A stretch of 60,545 bases of DNA, filler included, from Sphacelaria rigidula (GCA_964200075.2; 8 parts of 8 records of this genome joined end to end with filler, not necessarily neighbours in it), one strand, 5' to 3'; shown: positions 37,158-50,731, numbered from the whole stretch's first letter. Notes: generated by a model not told the origin, from the letters alone. Translations and numbers: made by a program.

Positions 37158-39263
37158 GTCGTGCGCCTCCGCAGATGGTGCTCTTGACGTTCATGAGGGT
37201 GGATTGTTCTTGTATGATAGTCTTGTCCTGTCGGTCAGGCGGCACGATTTGAAATTTTCTGGGTCGGTTGTCAAGAGCGCGACTACGATACAGTGCGTGA
37301 GGGTGCACCACAAGGTAGACATGATGAAGTGCTTTGTTAGAACCCGCGGCAGTATAGCGCGGCGAACATCGCGCCCCTGCGAAAAATGATTGCAGGAATG
37401 ATTCGCTGTAAGTCATGTTTCATTACAGGCCTGACCAAGGGTCTGTCAAAAACATATATCGGGACACGTAGGCCCCAAGATCGAAAATTCGAGATTTTTA
37501 GGGGAGGGGGAAATAGGGAGACTCTCAGCCCGCTGTCCCCTAGTTTATTGCCGAGGCGTTGGCGGGTGCGGTCAGCTGCCGTTTACAGATATCCTTGGCA
37601 TGGAGACCGCTGAGATGACGGACACACCACCCGTCCAAGCTCATCACCTACCAAGAGAACATTTATGGGATCATGTTCCGTGTCGTGTACCGCGACTACC
37701 TACCACGAGTAGTCCGGGCAAATTTGGCGAGGCATGAGAAAATGTTGCTACTTTGGCTACAGGCTGTCGCTACCGTGCGCTCGTGTATTGTACATAGATG
37801 TATGTNNNNNNNNNNNNNNNNNNNNNNNNNNNNNNNNNNNNNNNNNNNNTTAATTAATTAANNNNNNNNNNNNNNNNNNNNNNNNNNNNNNNNNNNNNNN
37901 NNNNNATAGTGGGATCGCAGCCGGTTCGTTGGATGGTGTCCGGTGCACTTTTTGTGGGGGGGCTATCTCGGCATTAGTCCGAGGTAGATCTTCATCCTGC
38001 GCCTGAATTTTTTGCATCTTCTGACCTATCAACATTTTTGGAGGAATGATGATTTCCCCTCGCTGAACGGGTTGTGATCTATCTCTCCTACTTTTGCTCT
38101 CGTTTTGTGTCGCGCGTGTCCATCGATCAACGAGCATCGCATAGGGCTGGGGGGGATGTCGCGGATCGGCGCGAGATGTTTGCCCGGTCTGGACATAGCT
38201 TTTTGTCTCGCTCCAATTTCTAGGAATAGCCATGTGTGTTGTTCCAGTTTTGAGTAGTATGGTGTGGGCTCTTTGTTCAGGAAGCGAACAGTTTACCCAA
38301 TAAACCAGTGAGCGTTCACCGAACAAAAAATATGCTGCGTGGTCCATCCCGGCATGACACATCAATGATCTCCGGGTTGCCCCTCGCCAGTCTCATTGTC
38401 CGCATTTCAAATTCCTTCCTTCCACAATTGATCATGCTGGGTCTCGAATCCCATAACTCATGTGCAGGAACTCTCACTTGTTCTTTGGCCAAGGATTGGT
38501 GATTAGTTGTGCCAGCGATCAATACAGCGACACGAGCGATTCTACCATCTCAAGACGTGCCTTGCACCGCTACCGTCATATCAGCACTGCGCTCTGCCGC
38601 CTACAATCCCAGTGCGATACTCGATTCAAAGCTCTGCTCGAGTCAACCAGCTCCACACGGAGTTTTTTGGATGACCTTGTCTTGGATGAGTAGTGTATCA
38701 ATAAATCTTCATTTTTCCCTCCAATTCATCCGGAAATTGGGCAAAAAGAGATTTATTGCGAATAGCATCAGCTGGGCATATGCCGCGTACTGCACCGTTA
38801 TCAGCGTATGGGATCCGACACGTAGGAAACATTTTTGAGAGTAATTTATCCTTTTGCCCCCCAGTTCATGTACCAAATGGGCTAAAAGGATGAATACGTC
38901 TCAACAGCTTGTGCTGCTGAATAGAGATCTCACACACTGCTTACGAGTGTATGCCCACACGCCTGCGCTTCGAAGCCGCGCTTCCGCTCCAGGCGTGGTA
39001 AATATACTGGGATGGCGGTATATATCTCGCATTTGAGTCCATATAGCCCATGAAAACCCCGTGGTGCAGTGTCTTCCAAAATCACTCGATTGATCATGCT
39101 TTTGTTTATGGGGGGTTTTGCTTGATGGTTATTAGAAGCACAAAACATTGCCCACGTCAACAACAAATGAGTTTGCTCAATATGCAACTCGTCGCACCCC
39201 CGAGCCCAAAATCGTGGATTCAATTCCTACAAGTGCAGTCGCAGCTTCTCGGATTTTTGCTGC

Positions 39264-39421
39264 CAGTACCATGCCCATGCTGTATGGAGTACTTCGTATG
39301 TGCGCCATAAAGGCTGTACAGCATATCAACAACAATGAACAGTACCATGCCCATGCTGTATGGAATATATTGTATGTGCGCCATAAAGGCTTTCCAGCAT
39401 ATTAACAACAATGAACAGTAC
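39264..39421 (+). repeat. Tandem duplication, 76-bp unit x2
   Basis: cagtaccatgcccatgctgtatgga at 39264 and 39340. Confidence 0.9.
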
Positions 39422-39627
39422 TCGGGGACACGAAACCCTGTGAAGCGTACTGTGCGACGCGAAAACAAACTACAGCCAAATCTCCGCGACAAACACTGCA
39501 CAGTTTCCCTGGGCCCTGTAGACGTGCCCCAGAGGGTGCCATCTGTCCACGTGCGTAGCAAATAAAAATAAACTCAAGAATACGTGTAGCACGCCGACAA
39601 AGCTCGTCGGGTTGATATCATTGAACG

Positions 39628-40493
39628 TGGTAGGGATCCCGATATAGCAGCATCCTGAACAGAAGAATATGCCGTGAAAAGCGGATCAATTTCCCCTCAC
39701 GACGAAACCCCCATATCGCGGTATATCGCCGCGAAGTTAGGACCGTTGCTGTATTCGCAGAGCCCCCTCCTGCTGCAGACGCGCTTCAATCACACACATA
39801 CACCTAGCTGCCGCCACCGGCCACCTGCTCATCGCACGATACCATTCGCGGATGGAGAGTTGTGCCAACTTCCACTCGTCGAACTGATGACGCCCAATGA
39901 GCGTGAGTTCGGACACGACTGCCGCGGTGCATGTGGTGGCCGCCTTCATGGCTTTTGCAGTGTGGGGGTGGGGACTCGGACGGTGACAACAATATTCACC
40001 GCATTTGCCAATCGTGCGTCGACAAGAGCAGCCCTTCCAATCTGGCCAGGCGCAAAGAGGCCTGCACATTTCAGCAGTATTTCTGTAGTGTGCGGCACAG
40101 TAGTTCCACCGCAGAATCATTTCCTACAATAAATGCTGCACTGGGTACCGGTCAATACAGTACTGCTGATTCACGATGTGTACAATACTTTTGCCCCGCC
40201 GGGACGCACTGTTGGTCATTCAATGGCAAAATTTTACAGTGTTAACTCAAAGACTTGAAATACAGATGATTTACTGCTCCACCGGTAGTACTATGCGTAC
40301 GACGCAACACTGCCGGCGAGGCATGGCGCTATCAACAGGTGTGAAGAACTACTCGTCATTCATCACGTGTGTGGCGCTTGCATCCTGGACAGCGGCAAGT
40401 ATGCCGCTACTCGGGAATAACGGCGTGCCTTGGATAGTGGCATGATCACTTCTTGTTACTACAGTACATGCCGTTATATCGGGACCCCTACTG
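39628..40493. mobile_element. Pogo/Tigger-like non-autonomous DNA transposon
   Basis: Right TIR gttatatcgggacccctactg followed by TA; left TIR tggtagggatcccgatatagc matches it at 17/21 positions. Confidence 0.5.
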
Positions 40494-43400
40494 TATATAC
40501 ATTCTACTTGGTTTTGGTGTATATTACCGCAGTCGAATTCGAAAGATGGCTCACGGTCCCAAGCGCTCGCCCACCGTGCGCAGCCGTAACCCGCGTTTGG
40601 GCTCAATTTTTTCTTTCCGCAAGAGTGCCTTTACCATGGAGCACCGAAAACCGGCTGACGAACGTTCGAACACAAGGCGAGCGTTTGAAGACTGCGAAGC
40701 GCACCACACGCGGTGATGCAAAATCGAATCAAAGTTGCCAGTTGTTCGTCGCACGCTGGGGGATCGGAAAGGTGAATCGCAAGTTGTCGTGTGTACCGTT
40801 TCGTAACTTTGCTGAAGGGAGGGATGCGTAACCACGCCTTCTTTTCAAATCCGGACCGTAACAGAAAAAAAAATCTACTACATGTTCTCGGTACTCGTAC
40901 TGTTACGATTTGGGACGCGACGTGAACCAAAATGATACTTTACACACCTACGTTACATCCGCGTGTCCGACGAACGCCAACCATCGTCTCCAGAAGGAGT
41001 TTCGGTCACTGGGGGTCGGTCCACGACTATGTCAAAATCGCCTACACACCGCCACCCCACTTATATTTTTCACTTCTGTACTCTGCTGCCTTCTAATTTC
41101 CTTCTCGCGGCATAATAGAAATTCCTCTTTGGGAAAAAAGAAGAAGAGTAAAACAAGCCGCGCACGTGTTCCAGCTACGAGTACTTCTCTCCTCTTTTCT
41201 TGTGGAAACATGAAACTGAAATGTTTTTCATCAGCCACTGAATAGACGCAATGGGTACAAACTCACGACACCATACACGACGACCACCACTCGAGTATTC
41301 CTCATCCACGGCTATAGTAATAACCCTCCTAAACTCAAGAGCACCGGACAGAAAGGACACTCTGTGTAGTCTCGACATTCATGTGTCAAATATGGTACCG
41401 AATCCAAAAGACTTCGCACCCTCGCGCGTTCAAAAAAGGTCAAGGATCTCGAGAGTTCGGTCCTGACCCCTTTCACCCTGCTGGCGTATGATGACCATGC
41501 TATGCAGGCTACGTTTCCCAAACCACCGTGTCAAGATACGCACTACACGTCTAACACAATTGACCCACGAAAGAAAAACAAGCTATTCACCATAGAATGA
41601 ACATCCACAAAAAAAACAGACAAGAGGGATTCAATCAAAAGCACACACACGGTAGTACCGCCATGTATCCCCGGCGCCTTCTTCCTCCACACTCTTCCGA
41701 GCCCACAGGCAACGCGGAAGCGAAGCGGATCAAAGCGGAACCAACAACCAACTGACATCCACACAGAACACACAGCTGCAGCTTGAAGTGAAGTGGACTA
41801 AGATACCGTCGAGACCTGATGGATATATTATGTAGATGTTTAAACACCCGAAAGTACCGACAGCGAATGTGTTCATTTGCACAAGAAAAGGAAAACCACA
41901 CCATCGTTACCGACCAAATTTGGTCAGTCATAACACGCCCAAGCCCAATAACTGCTCACCAGAAATGACCACATGCTCGCTGACACAGTCAAAGCACATA
42001 AAGCATACCGCGCTAGGATTTCCGTATAAAACAACAAGCACGCACGCACGCACGCAATGCAACGCAGTGCACAACCTGTAAACAAGAGGGACTGCACATA
42101 AAACGTCCCGTTGCTCACGCATGCATCGATGTAACGAGACAACCCAGCAAAATACACTTCGGAATACATAAAACACAGCAAATAAGACGATATGAATGTA
42201 CGTATATATATATATATATATATATGTGTATGATGCACCATTCCTCTAAAATACAGTTATCAAGCTCATGAAACAGACAACCAATCAAACGTGTAGTTCT
42301 CCACTCCTTTTATCATTCATATAGTGGGCGACGGAGAAGTCCCCGGGGCACGCACCCCTCATCACACCGGCGGCAGCCAGTAGAACACAGAGCGGGGCAT
42401 ACGACAACTGCCAACATATATTGGCGCGCTAATCATACAACACCGGTACAAAAAAATGAGGAAGGGGCGGGCAGGGGGTATGCACTGGTCGCCGCATATG
42501 ATACTTTTCATCAGGAGTATATTTCAGACTAACGTTCTCCGGAGAGCTCTGATGCCACGAAATCGCTCCCACTCATTGGAAAGAGCAGCCACACAACAAC
42601 GAATGTGTGTTACTTGGGATCTTCGAGGACATGACAACAAGGCGTTATCCTGAAACGGGTGTGCGACGAGAGGGGGGTGAGAGTAAGGGGAAAGGGGACC
42701 CACCGCTAGGAGCAGCAAGTACCCTGTCGAACTTACTTGATGAAGCATATGATATGAACTCCGGGAAACAAACATCCAGAACATCAAAATTCCGAACCAC
42801 ATCATGACATGTAAAAAATTCGGGTCTCTCCGGGACCAAAATCCGACTGACCACAAGATAATGACTGGACAAAGACACAATCTAGTACTCGAAAATGAAG
42901 GGGAGTTGGGGGGAGGGGAGGGACAATACACAAATCAACGCCTACGCCGACGCTCATGAGAACAGGCATGATAGTCTCACGGCCCTCAGTACCCATTTTC
43001 ACCGCCACTCGTGACTCGCGGGTGCTCAACACAAAAAATCATCACTTACATTTTCATCCGTACCCCTGCTCATATCACCCCCCCCCCTCCCTCCCCTACC
43101 CCCGAGCCGCGTGACGAGAGAGAGGGGCGCACCAATGCATACGTTTCCTCGTTTCCTCCTCGACCTATGAAGGACCATTAACGCCACGCCAACTCGCTGG
43201 GGATTGTGCCTGTGTCATCTCCCCCCTCTCCACTCGCCCTCCCCGTGAACGCATGAAAGGGTGCTACGGCAGCAGAATCGCGAAGTCAAGGGTGAACTTT
43301 CGCAACTTTGCTACACCATAGATGTACATGCAGCATTCAAATATAAATGTTGACCTCCCGCCCCCCCCCCCCCCCCCCCCCACCCGCCCCCACCGCCCCC

Positions 43401-44952
43401 CCCCCCACCACANNNNNNNNNNCTTTCCCCACTTTGTTACACCAAAGATGTACATGCACCATTCAAATATAAATGTTGCCCCCCCCCCCCCCCCCCCCCC
43501 CCCCCCATCCACCTCATGAACGGGACATTGACTAAAATACTGTATCAGTCACCGTGACCATATAAAACCTCTAGCGTCTTCTAACAAACCCTTTGTGGAC
43601 ATGGGACCGAGACGAGATGATAAACGATATCACGAGTACCCCTTTTCTTCGGTATACTCGTGCCTTGCAGTGATACTTTGCGGTACACACGCAAGCGATA
43701 CGGGACAGCCTGCACACGCCGTCAAGTCGGGCAAAAAACCTGATGGCAGCACGCGGTAAAAAAGGGTTGATTCCAAATCTCTTCATTCATTCAACATCCA
43801 TGATTTTTCTTTCCACAAGGCTTTTCCCTTTTTTTTTTACAGGATACTGTACTCGTAAGAGGGTACTTCAAGTACATACTACGACAGTCGTGACACGGTA
43901 CAGGGTTTCATTTCATTTCATTTCATTTCCCCCGCACAACCGCTCGCCTGCTCCCCTCACTACGCAACACCCACCTACACGAAGCCAGCATCCCTTGCTT
44001 ACCCTCACGTGCTCATGTTTACAAAAAACAATGGAGGGGGGACCTGTGTATGGTCAACACACATTGCCCACAATAACATTCTGCCCTTGTCTACCTCGAA
44101 CGCTACAGTGCATAGTCAACACTTCGGCCTACCAACGTCACACGCCTCACACCCCACTATGAGAGCACACGGGGGGGGGGGGCAGTCAACCTCTTTGGCC
44201 AAGACTCGCGAACTCCGGCCCCTCAGGCGCCAACCAGGGCGGATACGAGAGGCATAAACCTGAATAAATCACCGGGGGGAAATGTGAATATATTGCGTTT
44301 CAATACCGTGTAAGATCAGAATCAGCGGTCAGAAACCACGACCGGATGACACCGTATCTTGTTATCGAGGGTCAGAGTTCGCAAAAAGAGAAGGACCTGC
44401 TCGTATATATATATATATATGGGGACGGCGGGTTGCCAACGTAAAACGGCCAACTGGCGACATGGATCCGACACAAGGCAGAGCACCCGGCCGAGTGAAA
44501 AAGAGGAGGCAAACGCGAACCTTATCGTTGTTTGTACACTACAGCGCAACAGGGCCAAACAGTACATGACCAACCCCCAACCCCTCGACGCCCACCTATC
44601 CGCGCTGTATAACCGGGGGACAAAAACCCAAGAGATTATGAAGTAAAAACATCCAGCACTCAGCAAGCAGTGCATGATGACAAGTAAAACCTCACTTCCG
44701 CTTTTTTTCGTCCCTTGCCTCCTTTTCTTCTTTCTCCCCCGGCAACCCTCCGTCCCCGCCTTCCACCCCAAAGGCTAACGTGGTATCAAACCGAATCAGC
44801 GATGTTCTATCATTTCCATTTCTTTTAGCACGTTGCTCGCACTTGTTTCCGTCATTTTCCAAACAGCAGAGTCGGGAACAGCAAGAGAGCCAACGACACA
44901 AACAAGTCTTCACCTCGACATTAACCTCGACTCGAGGTCTGTGCGGGGTGCA

Positions 44953-45120
44953 TTAGGGCTGGTCAACATCGAACACCGACACGATGTCTTGTAGTGTACC
45001 CGTGGCCAGCGTGGCGCTGTGGGGATGCCAAGCCAAAGATGTGATGGAGCCCATGCGCATTCCCAAAAATCCGGCGTTGAACTTGATATGCTGCAGCTGG
45101 TCACCGTCTCGAGTCACCAC
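44953..45120 (-). CDS. RPTOR: Raptor (TORC1 subunit) terminal exon, last WD40 blade
   Basis: VVTRDGDQLQHIKFNAGFLGMRMGSITSLAWHPHSATLATGTLQDIVSVF* matches the Raptor/KOG1 C-terminal motif (GFxGxRIGxVxxLAFHP). cag acceptor; the rest of the gene is outside the contig. Confidence 0.85.
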   Translation of the reverse strand: MVTRDGDQLQHIKFNAGFLGMRMGSITSLAWHPHSATLATGTLQDIVSVFDVDQP

Positions 45121-45485
45121 CTGTCGTCGTTGTCGAGAAAGAAAAAAAAACGACGAAGACGAACGTGGGAAACAGAACCAAGAAAGTATCATCAAAATAG
45201 CTGTGGCTGCCCCTGTTGAGCGGTGGCCAGCACATACGCAACCAACAATTACGAGAACAGTAAATCTCCTGCAGTCCTTTGTTCATCATTTGCTCCAGCT
45301 GTAGCTTGAGGCGAAAGGCCGCAGAGAAAAAAACAAACAGGATAAACGAGCAACTGTTGCTGCACAATACATGAATGAATCGTTGNNNNNNNNNNNNNNN
45401 NNNNNNNNNNNNNNNNNNNNNNNNNNNNNTTAATTAATTAANNNNNNNNNNNNNNNNNNNNNNNNNNNNNNNNNNNNNNNNNNNN

Positions 45486-45544
45486 AGGCCGTACGACTCG
45501 CTGTCGAACCATCCTAGGTCACCCATCTCCGAGTCGATGATGTC
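45486..45544 (-). CDS. ManC5-E: ManC5-E exon 7 (truncated by contig end)
   Basis: DIIDSEMGDLGWFDSESYGL, a conserved epimerase motif. Confidence 0.9.
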
Positions 45545-46013
45545 CTGTTCCAACACAAAAGATGGTCGCCGAGGGAGATGATATCCGGAGACTCTCACGT
45601 GCAAGCAAAGCTCTCACACGAACATCGCTGTGGCCAGAAAGAAGAGAAAGACGTTTCTATTTCCCCCGTGCTCCAACCATTGTGGCAAGAAAAATACCAG
45701 ATAGTTCCCAGATGTGTGTAGTACATCGTACATGAAGGGAACTACGCCACATTTGGGGTTCAGAACAGCTCTTTTCTCGCTCACTACACGTTTTTTTTCA
45801 AGATGTGGATGTTGGCCATCTGTACACAAAATAGCCTTGGAGAAGCCCTAATCGGCTTTGAACCTGCTGTCTATTGCGTAGTCAGGATGTGTTTCATGTC
45901 TTCGCTGGATACAACAGCAAGAAACAGCGAGCGTGTCGCTGCTCTCACAAACACGCTGTGTGTTCCCATGTAACCCATGGTCGCATTGTCGTGACCAACT
46001 GAGCTTGCCGGTC

Positions 46014-46475
46014 GCCCCGCTGGCTCAGTTGGTAACCTCAAAACCTTCTGACGGTTGGGTCGTGGGTTCGAATCTTAAAGCGATCTGGGATTTTTTCAAG
46101 GGTAGGTCGAGTAGAGTATGTATTTTTGAGTACTCGAGTACGGCCTCCGATACTCTACTCAAATTTTGAGTAGATTGAGTACGACCTCAAATACTGAGTA
46201 AGCACTCTCAGTAATAGAGTATAGAGTATCACTCGAGTATGACCTCAATACTTTATTCGATTTTTGAGTGGGCTGAGTACGGTCTCAGATATTCTACTCG
46301 AATTTTGAGCACTTAAAGTATGACTTTTCAAAAATACCGAGTATTGAGTATACTCTACTCGACCTACCCTTGAAATTTTTCTCACACCATGCACAACAGT
46401 GGAGAGCAACCACGTACGTCGTGGGTACACAACAGTTCGACTTCATGGTCGACGAGGGAAGGCACTGCTGAACCC
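46014..46475 (+). mobile_element. tRNA-derived SINE interrupted by a MITE
   Basis: A box tggctcagttgg and B box ggttcgaatc; body colinear with 55554-55736 on both sides of the insertion. Confidence 0.8.
46097..46372. mobile_element. hAT-like MITE (23-bp TIR caagggtaggtcgagtagagtat)
   Basis: Perfect TIRs at 46097-46119 and 46350-46372, many gagta/tactc subterminal motifs, degenerate 8-bp flanks gatttttt/aaattttt. Confidence 0.85.
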
Positions 46476-47023
46476 CTCTCGCGATAAAAAAAAGTAGGCA
46501 AGCACCGCAGAAGGAAGGTGTAAAGGTGTAGTACTAGAACAAAAAAAGAGAAACAGCTCCTGTGTTGGCCTTCCTCCTGTGTGACCCCAGCTGATGCGCC
46601 TACATATACCGAAACTGCGTCCAGAAAAAAATGAGATGACAACACAACACACACAAACTGGGAAATTCAGCTTTACAGCGAATGAGTCAACCTGTCAAAG
46701 TGATCATTTAGGTAGCCGTGATTGGTCAGAATGGTCACTCCGCTTCTATGGGGTCTCGTTCCTGGCTTATAACCCTCCGTGGCAAGCTTCGAAACACACA
46801 TGGTTGACTGGGTGAGCTTGTCGGCTGTTATATGAGCAGGCTCCCATCCCCTGTAAACCACCCATGTCCCTGGACTGTCGGCCAATGAAATTGTTCCGAG
46901 GCGACACTTGCTGTCCAAGGGTCCAGCTTGGGACGTGCTCAAGTTTCCGTCAGGAACAACTACTGTAGTCAGGAGTCACGGTTTGAACTCAGAAGAGAGT
47001 CATCTCCTGAAGTCACCACTCAC

Positions 47024-47158
47024 CATCCGGCATTCGCCGTAGTTGTTCTGGGCGCACTCGGCGTTATCGGTTTTCATTTCAGACACGCAATTGATGAAGG
47101 ACCGCCCGTCCTCGTAGTCCGTCTGCTGCACCCCGTTCGAAGTGTCCCACGAGGTTAC
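47024..47158 (-). CDS. ManC5-E: ManC5-E exon 6
   Basis: VTSWDT…DYEDGRSFINCVSE…YGECRM; tag/GTGAGT splice sites. Confidence 0.92.
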
Positions 47159-47593
47159 CTAGACGTTTGAACGAAAAACGCAGGATGTGAACGGACACTC
47201 TCTCTAATCTATCTTTCCGAGTACGGGAGCACGGATAATACCCTCCGTGGGTGTTGGTTTACACTTTCGGCGGCCGAACCAACATTTAAGTACCGGGAGA
47301 AGGAGTGTCGACATACCCTGGATGAAGCATCACCTCCCTCGAGAGCCTGCAGACACAGACCACACATAGCAGGCCCTCGTTTGCTAGGAAAACAACCTCT
47401 GTTTTCAGGCGATGGATGCACGCCTGACCTCCCCAGCGGATATCGGCCAATGGTTCCCGAAGAATATCCAACGAGAAACATCACACTCGGATCACACGGG
47501 CGAAACGTCACACCGAAATCAACTCGACTCAAAGGTCGTGAAATACGAGTGGATCGGCGAACGAATTAAAACGTGTCCTGTGTGGATCATCAC

Positions 47594-47877
47594 CTTGGTG
47601 CCCTTGAACGACAAGCTCCCTCCGTGTCCCCGGATTTCGTGGAAGTCGCTCGATCCATCCGATTGAATACGGAGTGTGTTGCAGTCGCCGTCGTAGTCCT
47701 CGCCGTTGAACTGAAAAAGTCCGCCCTCATAGATTGTAATAGAGCTCATGAGCAGCCAGTTGTTGGTGACGACACCATCAGTCGTTTCGGCATCCTCATC
47801 GTCGAGGATCTTGAGCGGCCCATCCGGATATGCATTGTAGAGGTCGGTGAGGGTAGCACAGCCTCCACCGTACACCG
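47594..47877 (-). CDS. ManC5-E: ManC5-E exon 5 (catalytic region start)
   Basis: GGGCATLTDLY…WLLMS…GDCNTLRIQSDGSSDFHEIRGHGGSLSFKGTK, typical of brown-algal AlgG-like epimerases. Confidence 0.92.
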
Positions 47878-48291
47878 CTGAGCGAAATGAAATATGTTTT
47901 CGTTAAACACGAGTTGGGGGTACGAGGTGAAAAAAGAGTACAAAGGTATGTATGTATGGATCCTGCGCACGTCCGCGACGGGATCAACACCCTCGATACA
48001 GGGCACGCTTTCGCGGCGGACGAGGAACGCTTCCCAAGGCGAAGCGAGTGGAGTGAGGTGTAACTTAAACTGCGACGAACAGACAAGCGAGCACCAGCGA
48101 CAAAAACGACGAGAAATTACATTTGATGAAAATATTGTTCCCGTTTCCAACCGCGAAATCACTCTACCGTCCACAAGAGGGTCAGCAACTGTGTTGAGTG
48201 AATATTCTCAAGTGCTCGGTAAGGAGTCCGTGTTGCGAAGCGCACACTGTATGGCGCCTCTCTGGTCAGCCGGATATAAGTACAAACTCAC

Positions 48292-48435
48292 AAACCAGGT
48301 TCGAACTCTCGCTCCAGCTGTACGTGCTCTCGCCGGTACAGGTGTCCGTTGCGTCACCAACGATACGCTCCGACGTGCTCGACGATGTTGTGGATGACGT
48401 CTCGCTTGACGTGGTTGCCTCGGTTGCGTCGGTGT
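48292..48435 (-). CDS. ManC5-E: ManC5-E exon 4 (Ser/Thr-rich linker)
   Basis: TDATEATTSSETSSTTSSSTSER…SSNLV; aacag acceptor, GTGAGT donor, phase 1/1. Confidence 0.8.
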
Positions 48436-49029
48436 CTGTTGAAAAAACAAAAAGTACAGAGTTGTATAAAACATTACCAAAGTTACCAACATGCCTTCAC
48501 AACACCGAAGAGAGGAACGGTTGATACTCATGACCTTGCATGCCGTAGTCGTATGGCCGCCGACCTCGCATCCCTACAAAGCCGGGACGGAGCACGCCGG
48601 GTTTACACCGGACCAGGCTCGCAATCAACCGCCAAGCGCGGAGCGCCTCAATATGTTCAGCGAGTCGCATGAAGGACGACAACTTCCCCTGAGTAGCTTT
48701 CGATCACCATTTCGTCATTGTTACCGTGAACAAAACGCACGTGCGAAAAAAAAGTAGGCATGCATAAAAACTCCATCTTGGTTGCCCAAATGACTCAGGT
48801 ACGCATAAAAAACTCAAAGGTGACCCATGGGTGTGCCCATGGTCAAACCCTTCACGTTATGATCCTTGTATAAATATTATAAATATATAAATAAATATAC
48901 ACAATATATATAATATAAAAAATAATTAATTAAATTAAAGATTGTTTGAGGATGGATGGGTGGATGGTGGGATGGTTGATTTATTTTTTTGAGCAAGTGA
49001 AAGACAATATATTGTCACTCAGGACTGAC

Positions 49030-49157
49030 CGATATCGTACGCCGTGAAGGTCAAATATCCGCCGCAAATCATGTCGTCGTTTCCCCCGCACGCGTAGTCG
49101 CAGACCGCGTCACCATCCTCGGCATAAAAACCCAGATCCACAGAGTCATCCCCGCAC
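49030..49157 (-). CDS. ManC5-E: ManC5-E exon 3 (WSC end: CGDDS…CDYACGGNDDMICGGYLTFTAYDI)
   Basis: Canonical splice sites, phase 2/1; completes the WSC domain. Confidence 0.88.
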
Positions 49158-49710
49158 CTGTAGAACAAAATGAGGGATGATCGCGAGAGCACGCACCTCT
49201 TTATTTTCTCCTCACTCGATCATGCATCGTATCAAACTGAATCGACCAAAAAAAAACACGCCCATGCATACTCTGGCATGGAGCATCGTTACCAGCTCAC
49301 ATCTTCAAAACATGGCACGCTTTGCTTCCCGTGCGATCAAGCCATGCATTCATCCTCCCCTTTTTGTCGAGTGCGTGGCCGCAGTACAATTGCTCCGGGG
49401 AAAACATCCATGCCTACATATGTCACTTTGCGCCAGGGGGCCGTGTTGCTTTCCCCCCAATCCAAGCCAATGATGAGTTGTTGGGGCATTAGACGGATGC
49501 CTTCGGAACAGTACAGTATGTTTCCAAGCCAACAGCACATGCATCATACAGCCCAAGCATCAGCGGTCAGGCAAGAGGTATAATTGTTTTGTGTTGCAAA
49601 ATAAGCTTGTGTCCACTTGTTCACACATCTTCTCGCGTCATACTCTAGGAATTGCCACTACACTGGCACAACACTACGGCGCAGTACTACTTTACATCAG
49701 ACAGACGCAC

Positions 49711-49778
49711 CAGCATTCGACGCCCCACTGCAGCGCGTAATACGCTGCATCATACCCCCCACAGTGCTCTTGGCACAT
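49711..49778 (-). CDS. ManC5-E: ManC5-E exon 2 (WSC middle: MCQEHCGGYDAAYYALQWGVECW)
   Basis: ctacag acceptor, GTGCGT donor, phase 0/2, WSC Cys pattern. Not in the supplied ORF track. Confidence 0.88.
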
Positions 49779-50406
49779 CTGTAGTTCCCATGGTTGCAAG
49801 CGATACCACGAAAGAGTTATACGGGCGACGGACGGGGGAATCAGGCATATAGAGAAGACACCCAAAAAGCGACAGTTACGTCAGGATGCTAATCGAACCC
49901 GAGAAAGTGTGTGGGTTGTTCGACGATACCATTCCGACCATAGACAACTCATCTATCTTTCCTCGCCTTTTTCCCGGCACGCTACACCTAGAGACACCTT
50001 GATTTCATACGCTACTCTTTTCATGGATGAGCCGTGCGCTCAGGCGACACCCTCCCTGTCCAGACGCCACACACACCTCCACGGAACCTCCACGGAGGTG
50101 GCAGCACTGCTCCTTTCCTCAAAACATAAAAAAAGTAATTTCACATTTTACTCTGGTGCTGAACGTGTAACGTTTCCTGAAATGGTCACCGTAGCGTTCT
50201 GCATTTGGGTTCGAAGCACGTAACGCGAAACTCAGTGCTCAAACGGCACGCGTCGCTGCGTAGAACCGGACTGGCAAGGCCAATCCCTCAACTGAGTGTC
50301 CTCGACAACCCATAGACTGGGGCGGAGACGTCGGAGAAGAGGTTTAGTGCGGAGTGACTTTCGCTTCGGGGCGGGCATGTGTGTGTGTGTGTGTGTGTGT
50401 GAGGTC

Positions 50407-50731
50407 AGTTCACCACTTGGGATGGTGAGAAACTTCTCAGAAAGTCATGACTTCGAACAAACTACAACACCAACACTAACCCTAACCTTGACCCCAACGA
50501 AGGCACACCGAGAACCCTCGGGCAAAGGGGTGAAAAGTGTTACATAGGCACAAGGGTGCGTTGCTAGACCTCAAATCGGCGCCCCAGGGGCCGATTATGA
50601 CCAAAACGCGTTCTGCGCAAGCTAGGAGCAAACCTGGTGCATAGCCCCATTAAAGATCCGGATTTTCGCTGTTCAAACTAAAATCAAGTCGAACTATCTG
50701 AGAAATTTCTCACCATCCCAAGTGGTGAACT
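50407..50731. mobile_element. MITE with 35-bp TIRs enclosing a telomere-tract/hairpin core (family copy 3)
   Basis: agttcaccacttgggatggtgagaaacttctcaga / tctgagaaatttctcaccatcccaagtggtgaact; internal ctaaccctaacc, gaaccctcgggcaaaggg and aatcggc…gccgatt. Confidence 0.85.

Noticed and set aside
38300..39100. Second Mutator-like transposase remnant on the minus strand
   Set aside because: Only scattered 4-6-residue resemblances among many stops; too weak to call.
44953..45544. Apparent epimerase-Raptor fusion or neighbourhood
   Set aside because: A contig spacer (45386-45485) separates them.
46014..46090. tRNA genes at 46014 and 55554
   Set aside because: A and B boxes are present but there is no acceptor or anticodon stem pairing. 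The shared downstream body indicates SINEs.
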